Shown here piece after piece: positions 47,356 through 61,834 of a stretch of DNA of 64,000 nucleotides. The notes under the pieces are model-generated. The model ran no database searches and was not told the origin of the DNA. It saw only the letters and a list, made by a program, of their open reading frames with translations. Both the position numbers and the translations under genes were made by a program. Source of the DNA: Octopus vulgaris (Eukaryota); the NCBI GenBank assembly GCA_951406725.2, contig OX597817.1, forward strand, positions 56,606,001-56,670,000, in the 5' to 3' direction. Position 1 is the stretch's first letter, and the number at the start of each line of letters is the position of its first letter.

Positions 47356-47537
47356 CGTTTCACTGTGTGTGTGGCCGAGCTGAATGGTGACACCAATGTT
47401 GTTGCTGTAATGGTCTATCGTCTGCAAAAGGCACATACACCTTGTCCTCTTCAGCCATTTTAGATTCATATTAATGTGTTTGTGTATGTCTGTATGCTCC
47501 CAGTAGCGTGTAAATATATATATATATATATATGTGT

Positions 47538-47574
<37 letters not shown>

Positions 47575-47993
47575 TGTGTCATTGTGTGAATGCGGAGGTA
47601 ATGGTTTGCGTGAGACTGTATGTTAATAACCTGGGTTTTGGCGCAAGATAGACTACTCTGGTTATCTGTTACAGCGCTGAAGTTTGGTAGAAGATTGGCA
47701 AATAGCTATGCGTATATATATATATATGTTTGTGTGTGTACGTATGAATGTATACATACATATGTGCGTGTGTGTACTTGTGTGTGTACTTGTGTGTATG
47801 CGTGCGTGTATCTATGAATGCCTATAAGAAAGTGTGTATGTTATGCGTTTCAGATGTGTTGAGACTCGCGGATATGTAGGTGTGCTAGTATGCATGTTTG
47901 TATAAGCATATATTTTATATATGTTGTTTGTACACCTCCAAAGAAACACACATACATATATATGTATACCAACATACACACACACACACACCC

Positions 47994-48040
<47 letters not shown>

Positions 48041-48173
48041 TATATCATTTTATTTAAATCGAAAAAAACTTCACAATCTGTTACTCATTTTCAATAATTC
48101 TTCTTCAGACAGTTGTGATAATAAAGACTTTTTATGTATATATGTAGCTGTGTGTGTATTCGTGTTTATGCGC

Positions 48174-48240
<67 letters not shown>

Positions 48241-48281
48241 CATGTGTGCAAACGTCTGTGTTTCTCTTTATGTTTAATGGT

Positions 48282-48475
48282 TATCCCCCACTGCCACTCG
48301 TTAACCGATACATGTATGTTTAACCTTCTCCATAACCTTACCATTTCGGCAAAAGTGACCGATATAGTAAGTACTAGTTTAAAAAAAAAATTCAAGTACT
48401 GGGGGTCGATCCATTCGACTCAAGTTTCCTCAAGGTGTTGCCCCAGCATGGCCGCAGTCTAATGACTGAAAAAAA
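48282..48475 (+). mobile_element. SINE family B tail
   Basis: ttcggcaaaagtgaccgata..gtactgggggtcgatccattcgact..ccccagcatggccgcagtctaatgactgaaa. Confidence 0.8.
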
Positions 48476-48629
48476 GGAAGAAAGTTACTTAATGACATTC
48501 GTTCGCATTTTCACGACAGTAAAAATATATTTCTCAAAATGGTGGAAAGGCTGCGAGACAACAGAATCGTAAACAAGTCGGACAAAATGCTTAGCAGCAT
48601 TTATTCCGGCTCTTTATGTGCAGATTCCG

Positions 48630-48866
48630 CGTGAGATATTCAGCAACAGTACTTTGTAGTAAAGATTGTCTACCAACATAACATGGCAGTCCTGGTTTAG
48701 GACGAATGTTGCTGTAATTTAGCCCCAGGAGACATCGTCTCCAGCTGGCTATACGACACGATCTGTGTCCTTATATTTTCGAACAAGGGAATCTAGCTAA
48801 ATTACAGCAATATTAGTCCTATGCCAGGACTGCCAAGTTATGTTGGAAAACAATCTTTACTACAAA
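48630..48866. mobile_element. Family X copy with snap-back partial inversion, directly after a SINE A head fragment (48548-48629)
   Basis: Forward copy to 48797, then the inverse of 48653-48723. Confidence 0.85.
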
Positions 48867-49985
48867 AACAAAAACATTCTTGTTATGTACTTTACCAGAT
48901 GTAATAACTTGTCCTGGACTTTTCCAGTTTTATAATCTTAAGAAAATTATTTCTCTTGCTCGCATTTTTCCATGTAATCCAGGTTTTATCTAGGCTATGC
49001 TATTATGCTAAATGGGTCAATTAGCGGTGTCGTTCATAATTTTTCCTTACCTCAATGAAGCCGGTGACATATATTAAAAGTCCCGTATAGAACTGTATTC
49101 ATAAAAAAATATAGCAGTATTTTATCAACCTCAAATTTGAAAAACAAACACTCAAATCTTTTTTCTTTTAAAACTTCATTGCATGAGACTGATACCATGA
49201 AATTCTCGAATTCAGCCCAAGAATTTAAGCTTAAACGAAATATAGTTTGTTTTTAAAATAAAATAGTTAATTATACTTAAATCCAATTTTTTGCCGTACT
49301 TATAATATTTTTTCATATTTTAATTCACAGCTTTTTTTATACAAATTTTTGTTTCATGGGGCCAAGACTATGAAATTCTTCATGCTTTCTTCTATCATTG
49401 AAGCTAAGATAAATATATTTTGCTTTTAAAATAAAAAAAAGTTATGTAGATCTAAAGTTGATTGGTGGCGTTACTTACTCTCCTATAACATTGCTACAAA
49501 TTTTGATGCAAACTTTTTTCTACCGGATCAAATCTCAATTTTTTTTTTGCTAAAATGTAGCTAGGGAAGAGTTTAAAATTTTCAATTTGGTTAAGAACTC
49601 AATTAGCGACAAAGCTCTGAAGATGCTGCGTAGGAGTAAATTACGGCCTTAGGAATATTATTCTACTACGTAGTTGAATGATATATATATATATATATAT
49701 ATATATTCATAAACATAGGCATATCTTGCGTAGGTGCGTGTGAGTGCATACGGATATATACTTTATTTGTGTATGTGTGTGGTTAGGTAGTTTTGCTCTT
49801 GAGCAAAACACTTCATTTCACGTTGCTCCAGTCTACTCACCTAGAGAAAACGAGCAATCCTACGGTTTGAATAGAGTCCCATCCAGTGAGGAATATATGT
49901 GCCACGAAGACCGAGAAACCAGCGCTATGAGGCTATATGACACGTGGAGGAAATTTGTCTTCATACACACACACACACACACGTG

Positions 49986-50015
<30 letters not shown>

Positions 50016-50022
<7 letters not shown>

Positions 50023-50423
50023 GTCACTAAATGTGACTACGGTGTTAGAAACACCTACACTGCTAGAAATAAGAGCTGAATTACTCTAATGCCGTAGTCA
50101 ACGCACATAAACGTAAACATATACACATTAGCGAAACTCTAAATCATCTATTAATTTGGATGACGAATACATATTTATTGATAGAGAAACGAGTCCGAAA
50201 AGAGCTGAACTTCGAGCCGGCCCTAACTGATGAGTCAACGGATACTACCGAAATCGACGTCAGTATTAGGAATTCTTGGTCGGCATTTTTCGGACGATTA
50301 AAGTCTCTGTTAGTGTATATGTTTACATTTATATGCGTTGGCGACAGCATTAGAACATTCTAGCTCTTATTTCTAGCAATTTAGATGTTTCTAACATCCT
50401 AGTCACATTTAGTGACAATTATA
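50016..50423. mobile_element. Fold-back cassette, about 130-bp diverged arms with an HHR in the loop
   Basis: ataattgtcactaaatgtgacta.. / ..tagtcacatttagtgacaattat. Confidence 0.85.
50222..50270 (+). ncRNA. Type I hammerhead motif (weak stem II)
   Basis: cctaa-CUGAUGA-gtcaacggatactacc-GAAA-tcgacgtcag-UA-ttagg; 5-bp stem I, stem III with gacgtc palindrome. Confidence 0.65.
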
Positions 50424-50463
50424 ATTTTCCCTTTTGGTAAAACATTGTGGACTGTTGTCTATA

Positions 50464-50524
<61 letters not shown>

Positions 50525-50644
50525 TACATATATACATACATGCATGCATGCATGCATGCATGCATACATACATACATACATACATACATACATACATACA
50601 TACATACATACATACATACATACATACATACATACATACATACA

Positions 50645-51043
50645 TGCGTAACTGTGTGTTCAGAAGCTTGCTTCTGGGTTCTGTTCCATTTTGTGGCACC
50701 ACAGGGAAGTGTCTTCTACCAGAGCCTCAAGTCAACCAAAGACCTGCAAGGGAAATGGAAACTGAAAGAAACCCACCATATATATGTGTGTGTGTTTGTG
50801 TGCGCGTATGTGTGTGCTTGTGTATGAGTGTTTGTGTGTGAGTGTTTGTGTATGTGTGTATGTGTGTATGTGTCATTGTTTATTCCCCATCATCGCTTGA
50901 CAACGTGTGTTGTTTTTATGCCGCCATAATCTAGCAGTTCAGGAAAAGAGACCGATAGAATAAATACCAACCTTTCAAGTGGTGCCCCAGCATGGCCTCA
51001 CTCTGACTACTGAAATAGTAATGGATATAAGTTAAAAGATAAA
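50645..51043 (+). mobile_element. SINE family B, degenerate full length
   Basis: Head, internal (TG)n, tail ggtgccccagcatggcc. Confidence 0.8.
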
Positions 51044-51388
51044 ATGTACATACATAATTCTTCAAAGTTCATCATCTGGAGCAACAGGATGGTTGTCATC
51101 ATCATCATCAGCAGCAGCAACAGCAGCAGCAATTCAATACTTTCTCAACGAAGCAATCATGGTCAGTCAGCATCACCATCAGCATCATTATCCTCATCAC
51201 CATCGTCATCATCGTCGTCATTGCTATAAGCCTCGACTTCACTAAATATCACTTTGTAGGATACAAGCCTCTACTCCATCCAATATATTTAATATAATCT
51301 CTCGTCCATAACTGTGTTTGTACGTTCATCCATTCACATTATACACTCAACTGTATAATGTGAATGGATAAACATACATAAACACACG

Positions 51389-51424
<36 letters not shown>

Positions 51425-51622
51425 CACACACACACGCACACACACATATATGCGTATGCGTACATACATATATATGTTTACACGCACACACACATATATA
51501 TATATACATTTATATGTATATATATGCAAATATGTATATATATATATACATACATATATCTGTCCGTATGTATATATATATACATACATATATCTGTATA
51601 TGTATATGCTTGAGCATAAATA

Positions 51623-51703
<81 letters not shown>

Positions 51704-51769
51704 ATATATATATATACGTATGTGTATATATATGCATCTTTAGGGATAACTTTCAAAAGTGATACATAT

Positions 51770-51818
<49 letters not shown>

Positions 51819-52081
51819 CATACATACACACATATATACATATACACACACATATATATATAAATAAATAGATAGATACATACATACATACATACATACA
51901 TACATACATACATACATAGACACATAGATACATACATACATACATAGATGGATGGATGGATAGATCGATAGAGAGATAAATAGATATAGATATAGATATA
52001 TATATGTATATATATATACACTATATATATGTATACATATATAAGTTCATGTATATAAAAGTACAACATATGTATATATTC

Positions 52082-52126
<45 letters not shown>

Positions 52127-52130
52127 CAAA

Positions 52131-52187
<57 letters not shown>

Positions 52188-52232
52188 TATAATATATTAT
52201 CGAAATGTATATACGCATATGTGTGTGTGTGA

Positions 52233-52281
<49 letters not shown>

Positions 52282-52648
52282 GATGAAGATGAAAGAGCCA
52301 AATATTATCAACACTAAAGACAACACAAAAAGAGAAAAATCATTAAATCAAATCATAAATAAATAACTAAATAAATAACATGAAATCGATGAGACGTAGT
52401 GTGATGTCGATGAAAAGAGAGCGAAGGTGATGGCGGTGGGTTCGAGTCTACGCCGATTGAGTGGGTGGCCTATACTGGGAAAGAGCATCACCAGTCGGTA
52501 GAGAAAGCAAATTAGATGGAGATTCAGTTAGGCTGAACTCTTCAGCAAACATTGAATGTAATCACGTGATAATTTGATTGGTTAGTGGACAGTAATGGCT
52601 GAGAGCTTACGACTGAAACGAACACAACACAAATACATACATGCATAA

Positions 52649-52755
<107 letters not shown>

Positions 52756-52763
52756 CATACATA

Positions 52764-52795
<32 letters not shown>

Positions 52796-52901
52796 CATAT
52801 ATATATATGTATATATACATACATATATTATATATATATATATATATATATGGCACATCATAGGCACACACATATATATATATGCATGTATATTTATATA
52901 G

Positions 52902-52953
<52 letters not shown>

Positions 52954-53039
52954 GTATGTATGTATATAATATATATTTACATATATATGCATATGTATGT
53001 ACACATGTATGTATATATATGTATATATATGTGTGTATG

Positions 53040-53088
<49 letters not shown>

Positions 53089-53233
53089 TTGTCGGAAACT
53101 CACGGCTATACACAGTTTATATACACCACATATAGAGGCACTTTCTTTATGTGTGTTCATATATATGTGTGTAGAATAATGTTTATTTACCGATATAAGT
53201 AATCATGTATATTTATACATAGATGTATATTCG

Positions 53234-53276
<43 letters not shown>

Positions 53277-53571
53277 GCATTTGTATAAATATATATATAT
53301 ATATATATGTGTGTGTGTATATATATATATATGCGCACACTCACAGACAACATCAACACACGTATTCACTTTTCAGTCGTCTCTCCTTCTCTCTCTCTCC
53401 CTCTCACTCTCTCTCTCTCTCTCTAATGTTTTAAATCCTCTTCATGTAGTTGTGTATGTTTGACTTATGTCACAGAGTAATATAGGTCATGTGTCTGTGT
53501 GTGTCTGTATGTGTGTCTGTGTGTGTGTTTGTGTGTGTGTGTGAGAGGCATATATATATATGTATAAATAG

Positions 53572-53654
<83 letters not shown>

Positions 53655-53660
<6 letters not shown>

Positions 53661-53970
53661 CATACAAAATAGGACAAGTATGCTAAACATCCAGACAGGT
53701 GACACAAAGAAGGGACAACAAAACATCCAGACAGACGATGCAAAGAAAACAAGGACAGGTTATTCGGGGTTTTCTTTCCTCAGTTGAGTTCCTGATTGTC
53801 TTTGCAATTTCGGCTGGTTATACTCGAGATTGCCGTAATCTAGCCAGCCCCAAGGCAAAACGAAGCTAAGAGCATTAGATTCCGTGGAAGAAAGCAGCGA
53901 ATGTATACGAAAACAAGGACGGAAAAAATCGGAGAATGTTACACAAATACAAATAACAGGACATAACAAC
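53655..53970 (-). mobile_element. Family Y-like cassette
   Basis: Minus strand: tttgc-cttgg-ggctgg..ccagcc-gaaa-tt-gcaaa then ctcaa-ctgagga-aag. Confidence 0.5.
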
Positions 53971-53971
53971 A

Positions 53972-54011
<40 letters not shown>

Positions 54012-54319
54012 ACGTACATGTATAGACATAGACACAGAAAGACAAACAGATAGATGGATAAATAGATAGATAGATAATTAAAGAGAGAGAAAGAGAGAGA
54101 GAGAGTGAGTGAGTGAGGAAGAGAGAGAGACAGACAGTATGACAGAGAGATTCGGGAGAATAGGATGAATAAAAGCCAATACATTGGCAAATATATTCGA
54201 TTATTTCTAATCGGCAGAAGTCATCGAAGGAGTGGAGGAATGAACATTTCGTTTATGCCATCTGATGAGTGGTACAGACGAAACTTTAAGCCCTCGTGTC
54301 TTTTTTTTTTCGATTATAG

Positions 54320-54460
54320 ATATAGATTATAGTTTCCCCTCAACCAAATTTACTTCTTAGGCATCAGTCATCTCGTGGCAATAGTAGAAGACACATGACT
54401 AAGGTGCCGCACAGTGGGACTGAACCCGAAACCGCATTGTTGCAAATGAGAACTTCTTCC
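54320..54460 (-). mobile_element. SINE family B head
   Basis: atagtagaagacac..aaggtgccgcacagtgggactgaacccgaaacc. Confidence 0.75.
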
Positions 54461-54471
54461 TCAATACCCAC

Positions 54472-54474
<3 letters not shown>

Positions 54475-54519
<45 letters not shown>

Positions 54520-55118
54520 CTCTGTCTGACTGTCTTACTGTCTCTCTTCCTCTCTCTCTCGTTCTCTCTCCCTCTCGTACTCTCTCGCTCTTATTCCTTT
54601 CCTCTCTCTCTCTCTCTCCCGTGTCCTCTTTCTCTCTCTTGCGCGCGTTTTCTTTCTCTCTCTCTCTTTCTCTTGTGCACGTGATCTTTCTCTCTCCCTC
54701 TCTCTTTCTCTTTCTTGTGCGCATTCTCTCTATCTCTTTCCCTCTCCTTCTCTCTCGTGTTCTCTTTCTCTCTCCCTCTCTCTTTCTCTTTCTTGTGCGC
54801 GTTCTCTCTATCTCTCTCTTTCCCTCTCTCTCTCTCTCGTGTTCTCTTTCTCTCTCCCTCTCTCTTTCTCTCTCTCTCTTTCCCTCCTTATTTTCTACCT
54901 ACACATCTTCCTCTCAACTATCCTCTCTCCGCTACTTAACAACACCTTTCTTTTTCTCTTTTCCTCTCACTTTCACCTTTTGTTTACACTTTTACTTCCT
55001 GTCCTTCACACACCTCCCCCTTCAACACTCTCTACCTGCCCCCCTCTCTTTCATTCTCTCCCCCTCTCCACCTACATCTTTGCTTTCTATTTTTCATTCC
55101 CTTTTCGTTCCCTCCTCC

Positions 55119-55171
<53 letters not shown>
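54475..55171. repeat. Pyrimidine-rich (CT)n tract with higher-order duplicated units
   Basis: tctttctctctccctctctctttctctttcttgtgcgc is repeated. Confidence 0.9.
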
Positions 55172-55175
<4 letters not shown>

Positions 55176-56473
55176 CACTTCCCCACTGCTATCACGACTT
55201 TCCCAGCTGTAATCTAATCAAGTATAATAATTAATTATTGCATAACAAATGTTGTCCTCCACACCACCCACATCTACCTCTACACCCTCTTAGATACTTA
55301 TGCATACACATGCATACACGCATGCATACGCACATACATACATATACACATCTCCCCTGACATATACAAACACACACACACACATATTAACACTACATAA
55401 ATACACACGTATAAACGTAAACATAAAAATAACAAACATACAAATACATTACCCAAATTCACGTGCAATTAGTACACACACACAAGCGCGCGCGAGCACT
55501 CACACACGCATATACGCGTACAAACACGCACTGTCGTATACAGACCCGAATATACATACATACATACATACATACATACATACATACATACATACATACA
55601 TACATACATACATACATACATACATACATACATACATACATGCATACATACATACATACATACATACATACATACATACATACATACATACATACATACA
55701 TACATACACAGTGACAATTACACACAATAACATCCTGCACAGACAAATACATATTCACGTGCATATGCTTGCTGAAACACATGCACACACACACGCACAC
55801 ACACACACACTCACATGCATGCGCACAGATACATACTTACATCTACTCACTCAAAAACACGTTCTTACGTATACACATATATACACAAACATGTATACAC
55901 ATACATACATATATACACATATATACACAAACATGTATACACATACATACATATATACACATATATACACAAACATGTATACACATATATACACATATAT
56001 GCACAAACATGTATACACATATATACACAAACATGTATACACATATATACATATATACATATATACATATATGCACATATACACACAAACATGTATACAC
56101 ATATATACATATATACATATATACACATATATACACAAACATGTATACACGCATAGAAAGACTCATACAAATTCCCATGCCCACATGCTCTGATACACTC
56201 AAACACGTAAGTACTTGCGCTCACACGTACAGAACGATGCATCATAGGCACACATAAACACGCACACACACACACACACACTCATCAACATCTCTCTCTC
56301 CACCCACACACAACTTCACTCTGCCCTCTATTGACCAATGGAATCTTCATCTCAATAGTTGTCTCTCATTTAGATGACACTTCATAATAATCCAACAGAG
56401 CAGTGAAGAGACTCACTCTTTCCCTCTCTCTCTCTCTCTCTCTTTCTCATTCTCCCTCTGTCTTTCTTTGTGT

Positions 56474-56510
<37 letters not shown>

Positions 56511-56599
56511 CCTGTGTAGTGGTGGGTTTGAGGTGGGGCGAAAACCTTGTCGAAGGTTGTATTTCTTTGGTTACCTATGAGATGGACAAACAATTGATT

Positions 56600-56780
56600 C
56601 CCTCTTCTATACTAAAGAAGAATGGAAAGAGAAAAACCACTCCAGAGCCAATACAGTGAAGGATTCGACAGGCAGGAAATAAGGGAGAGCGAAAGCCAAT
56701 AATGGCTCAAAAGCTCCGGTCTAAAAGCTGAAACGAAAACAAGGACTGATTTTAGCTGCACAGGATCAATTTCTTGCCGC
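56600..56780 (+). pseudogene. R4/Dong-type non-LTR retrotransposon fragment
   Basis: SQ*WLKSSGLKAET-GLILAAQDQFL matches the LKxETEGxIxAAQDQxL motif. Confidence 0.7.
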
Positions 56781-56874
56781 ACATGCACACGTAAACACAC
56801 ACACACACATATATGTAGGCATCGTATGTTTGTATGAATATATTTGTGTGTATGTATGTATTCATGTGTGTGTG

Positions 56875-57074
56875 TCGCTATGATAGATCATTAGCCACTA
56901 CACACATTTTTTCTCACCTTGTTTCTCTCCTTGTTTTTTTTTCTGTTTTCCTTTCAGTAGAAGAGCATGGTTCGAAACGTAATAGACTTTTTCGATTCCT
57001 GAGCGTTATACTAATACATCTGTTTGTTTTGTATACCACCTGTCTTCGTCTTTTGTTTTTTTCGTGAACTCTCC

Positions 57075-57075
<1 letters not shown>
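56875..57075 (+). mobile_element. Short TA-adjacent interspersed repeat with a degenerate HHR-like segment
   Basis: gaa-gagc-atg-gttc-gaaa-cg-ta; CUGA core not intact. Confidence 0.4.
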
Positions 57076-57130
<55 letters not shown>

Positions 57131-57233
57131 AGGATAAATAATTATTAATTTTAAAAAACCAACAATTATTTCCGAGTAGATTTCGATATGGAAATATAAC
57201 CATTATCGGTAGGAACTTTTATAAAAAAAGTTC

Positions 57234-57305
<72 letters not shown>

Positions 57306-57553
57306 TGTATATATAGATGCTTATATACATATGCATGTATGTATGTATATACGAGAAGGTGCTGGTTTTAAAGGTGTCGCGAAAGGCTTGGTTGGAGGCC
57401 CAACCTTCTTAGTTCTTCTACAGGGCTTAGAAAAACTAAAGGACTGCTTCATTAAGTGTGTCAATCTGAGAGGGGAATATGTTGAATGAAATCAAAATTA
57501 ACAGACCCTCCAGTATTTTCCTTACCCAAAGCCAGGAACTTGTGACCATCCCG

Positions 57554-57875
<322 letters not shown>

Positions 57876-57884
57876 AAAATATGA

Positions 57885-58225
57885 GGTTAGGATAGACACG
57901 AAAAGCGAAAGGAAGTTCGCGAGTTTCGCTTTTTTACCAACCTCATCCTTTTTGAGGATGAAATGCTTGATTTCACGCATTTCTGTGGAAGCACCTGCAA
58001 TTCTAGCGTTTAGTTCTTCCGCCTGTTCCCTATCCCTTGTGAATATGATCCCAAGACCCATAAACTTCCCCGCTTGCCACAGTGATGTTCCACTAACATG
58101 CAGAATCCACTGGAATGACGTTTTTGCGACGACAAAGTTTCAGTCTTCGCAAAAGGAATTCTCATCCCTATTTTGCAGCATTCGGCAGCGAACCCATTCA
58201 GTCTAGGATGGAGATCATCTGATGG
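57885..58225 (-). pseudogene. RTE-clade LINE reverse-transcriptase C-terminal fragment
   Basis: DDLHPRLNGFAAECCKIGMRIPFAKTE..LGIIFTRD..EELNARIAGASTEMREI..KKDEVGKKAKLANFLSLFVSILT. Confidence 0.75.
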
Positions 58226-58566
58226 GTCACGTGTGTGTGCGTGTGTGTTGTGTGTCGTGTGCGCGTGTGTGTGTGCGTGTTTGTGTGTGTGTATTGTGTG
58301 TACGTGTGTGTGTGTGTGTGTGCGTTTTGTGTGTCGTGTGTGTTGTGTGTCGTGTTTGTGTGTGTGTGTTGTGTGTGTCGTGTGTGTGTGTGTGTGTTGT
58401 GTGTCGCGTGTGTGTTGTGTGTTGTTTGTGCGTGTGTGTCGTGTGTGTTGTGTGTCGTGTGTGATGTGTGTGTGTGTTGTGTTTCGTGTGTGTGTGTGTG
58501 TGTTGTGTGTCGTGTGTGTGTGTGTGTGTTGTGTGCCGTGTGTGTGTGTGTGTGTGTGTGCGTGTG

Positions 58567-58603
<37 letters not shown>

Positions 58604-58627
58604 GTGTGTACGTATGTATGTACGTAT

Positions 58628-58760
58628 CTTTTATCTTTCATTTGTTTCAGTCCTCAGACTGTGGCCATGCTGGAGCACCACCTTGAAGGAGTTTAGACGA
58701 ATTAATCGACCCCAGTACTTTTTTTCTTTTTTTAAGCTTGGTACTTCTTTTATCGACCTC
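58628..58760 (-). mobile_element. SINE family B tail
   Basis: ttgtttcagtc..gactgtggccatgctggagcaccacctt..atcgaccccagtactt. Confidence 0.8.
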
Positions 58761-58761
58761 T

Positions 58762-58793
<32 letters not shown>

Positions 58794-58795
58794 GA

Positions 58796-59088
58796 GGCGC
58801 AATGGCCCAGTGGTTAGGGCAGCGAACTCGCGGTCGTAGGATCGCGGCTTCGATTCCCAGACCGGGCGTTGTGAGTGTTTATTGAGCGAAAACACCTAAA
58901 ACCTCCACGAGGCTCCGGCAGGGGTGGTGATCCCTGCTGTACTCTTTCACCGCTCTTTCTCCCACTCTTTCTTCTGTTGGCCTGCTCGCTTAACCAGCGG
59001 GGTGGCGTCATTCGAAGGCTAAAACAATGCGAACACATTGTGACTAGCGATGTGTAACTACATCTGATTGACTGGTCGGTCACGTGAT

Positions 59089-59095
<7 letters not shown>
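58796..59095 (+). mobile_element. SINE family C (tRNA-derived)
   Basis: ggcgcaatggcccagtggttagggcagcg (A box)..gcttcgattccc (B box); ends (tcacgtga)2 then (TA)n. Confidence 0.8.
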
Positions 59096-59133
<38 letters not shown>

Positions 59134-59219
59134 GCAACATCGACAAAAGCAGTATGCACTAATATTGCTACAGCAGGATTTTATCATATACAACGTCATC
59201 CTGTAAAAATACTCCTGTC

Positions 59220-59254
<35 letters not shown>

Positions 59255-59274
59255 TTTGTATCTGTGTTTGCATC

Positions 59275-59305
<31 letters not shown>

Positions 59306-59314
59306 AATAATTAC

Positions 59315-59357
<43 letters not shown>

Positions 59358-60856
59358 TTATATATATGTATGTGTCTATATATATATATGTATATATATT
59401 TACATGTACACATATATACAGATATATTAAATATCATACTTGTACACGTGTATGTATACATGTTTGTGTGTGTGTGTGTGTGTGTGTGTGGTGTGCAGCT
59501 ACCAATTCTACTGCTGCTGCTGCCTTCAGACCATATCTTACCTAATAAAACCAAGCAAATGAACGAAGCGTCTAAATTGAATTCCGTCGCCCACCGATCT
59601 TCTTCCCGCATCAAGAAGCGATTCAATGGAGGACAATGTGTCTTAAAGTCATGTCATATCCTCTACATTACTTCAACTGTTTACTCAGCCAACATTTTAA
59701 AAGCATTCAAACGAAAATCGAAGCTTAATAGAATTTTTCGACTGTGAAACGGTCGACCGGTGGATGCAGTGGAGAATAACTATTCTTAAAATTTGTGGCT
59801 TTAGATCAGCCGCTGGCATTGTTGTTGTTTGCTGTTATTGCTATTGTTGTTGTTTGACTGTTTGTTAATGTTTAGCCCTAGGTGTCAACCGTGGTGAAGC
59901 AGCAGAGTCTGTGGCATAACAAATATAACGAAGTGGTATGAGAAGTAGGAAGTGTGACGTTTTCTGGACAGTTGCCTTTTAACAGTGGTTGAAAATTGTG
60001 TCAGCGGGGTCGTTTGCTTGACTGTTGCCTGATCAGGGGTTCAGGAAATGAACAGTGACTGCTACCAGTGCTTAAGAGTGATCGATCTGACATCGCTCCA
60101 GTGAAATCAGACCATACTACGATAGGACGAATCGGCTGGCCTAAGGTAAGTGACGTCATAGAATGTTACCATAAGATCAACATCTTAACAAAATATTAGA
60201 ATTCAAACCAACAAAGGGCATCATTGAACGGGAAGCTAATGACTTCGAGATGGGTTCGAAACTGAGGACAAGCAGGTTGAGAACAAAATTACGAAGCAAC
60301 TTTACAGAACAGAAAATTAAATCCGTGGCTTGAAGGAAGACTTAAGAGCCTGAACCAACAGCAGGAAAGGTCCTTTGTCGAGAAAATAAAATACATCAAG
60401 GAACCGACGAGTCAGTTCCTAGAAAGACTGTACAGAATCTCTCAGAAACAGAAGGGGAGGAAACCAAAAAGGCTCAGTATCCCACGGACCTTTTTAGGTT
60501 TTCAGACCATTACTGGATGAAACAAAATCCCGAAGATTGACCAACCCTAGGGAAGATGTAGTGGGTTCCTAATGTGGAAACATGTCACCCTCAGAAACCA
60601 ATCTAGATATCAACCTAAACATCAGCAAAGGTGAAATACTTGGAAATGAATTCAAAATGTCAATCTTGAAGTAGGTTAAAGAGTCAGTGAAAGCGTCAGA
60701 AGAGGACCTTCTGTCCAAAGAGGTATTCTTTATTGGGGAAATATGAAATGCCTGGAATTCCTTCATAAGTTCTGGAAGCTGTCCCAGATGATCTGGAAAA
60801 GGGAACTATGTCATCATGCTGGAAGACTGCTGTTTTGTCACAAAAGAAGAAAACCT

Positions 60857-61186
60857 ATGTTGAAGTGGGTCGACTTGGCACCGTCCTGGTGCTTGAATGA
60901 GGCGAGGAGCCTAGTCGGGCATGAAAGTTCATAACTGGAAATAAAGACAAGAGGCTTAGTGCCTAATTTTGTTTTTGTTATTGAATATTGTGAACAATGT
61001 AAGAGGCTTGTTACCCTATGAATATATTATAAAAGATCAATGTTCTCAGGTAAGCAGCGATCAGCGGGCGTCGCTTGTTGCTCTCAATTATCATCATTTT
61101 CATTTGTCATTTCATATAACATTATGCCTATGTCCAACCCGCAGTTCCCCTTCTATGTAAGGCCTTTATGGCCAATATAATGAAAT
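60857..61186 (+). mobile_element. 330-bp insertion (probable 5'-truncated LINE 3' end) with 14-bp TSD
   Basis: aaagaagaaaacct at 60843-60856 and 61187-61200; removing the insert rejoins KEENL-STNNLFRT. Confidence 0.75.
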
Positions 61187-61436
61187 AAAGAAGAAAACCT
61201 CTCAACCAACAATCTATTCAGAACCACTTCACATTTAAGTATAAAAAAAAACATAATATTTTTAATCACTGATGGCCAAAATGATGACCTCTAACCTGAC
61301 TGAGAAAGGTTACAAAATCACCAGGATTAGGATGTCTGGAACACACCAAAGTTCTCATTCAAGTGATCCAGGAGGCCAAAAATGTTAGGGTGACCTATCA
61401 GTGGTCTGGATAGATTTGATATGTACTGATCAATCC

Positions 61437-61834
61437 TTTATACCTATTTCTTTACTACCCACAAGGACAGACAAACGGATAAAGTCGATTATATCGACCC
61501 CAGTGCGTAACTGATACTTATTCAATCGATCCCTAAAGGATGAAAGGCAAAGTTGACCTCGGCGGAATTTGAACTCAGAATGTAGCGGCAGACGAAATAC
61601 CTATTTCTTTACTACCCACAAGGGGCTAAACACAGAGGGGACAAACAAGGACAGGCACACAGATTAAATCGATTACATCGACCCCAATGCGTAACTGGTA
61701 CTTATTTAATCGACCCCGAAAGGATGAAAGGCAAAGTCGACCTCGCCGGAATTTGAACTCAGAAAGTAACGGCAGACGAAATACCGCTAAGCACTTCGCC
61801 CGGCGTGCTAACGTTTCTGCCAGCTCACCGCCCT
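61437..61834 (-). mobile_element. SINE family A, full copy plus tandem 3' duplication, 8-bp TSD
   Basis: atcaatcc at 61429-61436 and 61835-61842; atacctatttctttactacccacaagg occurs twice. Confidence 0.9.

Noticed and set aside
54258-54295. ctgatga-gtggtacagac-gaaa HHR core
   Set aside because: Only a 2-bp stem II, no UH site and no stem I; not annotated as a ribozyme
55865-56150. Regularly spaced repeats resembling a CRISPR array (also 19783-19940)
   Set aside because: Spacers are themselves repetitive, no cas genes, eukaryotic context; these are minisatellites
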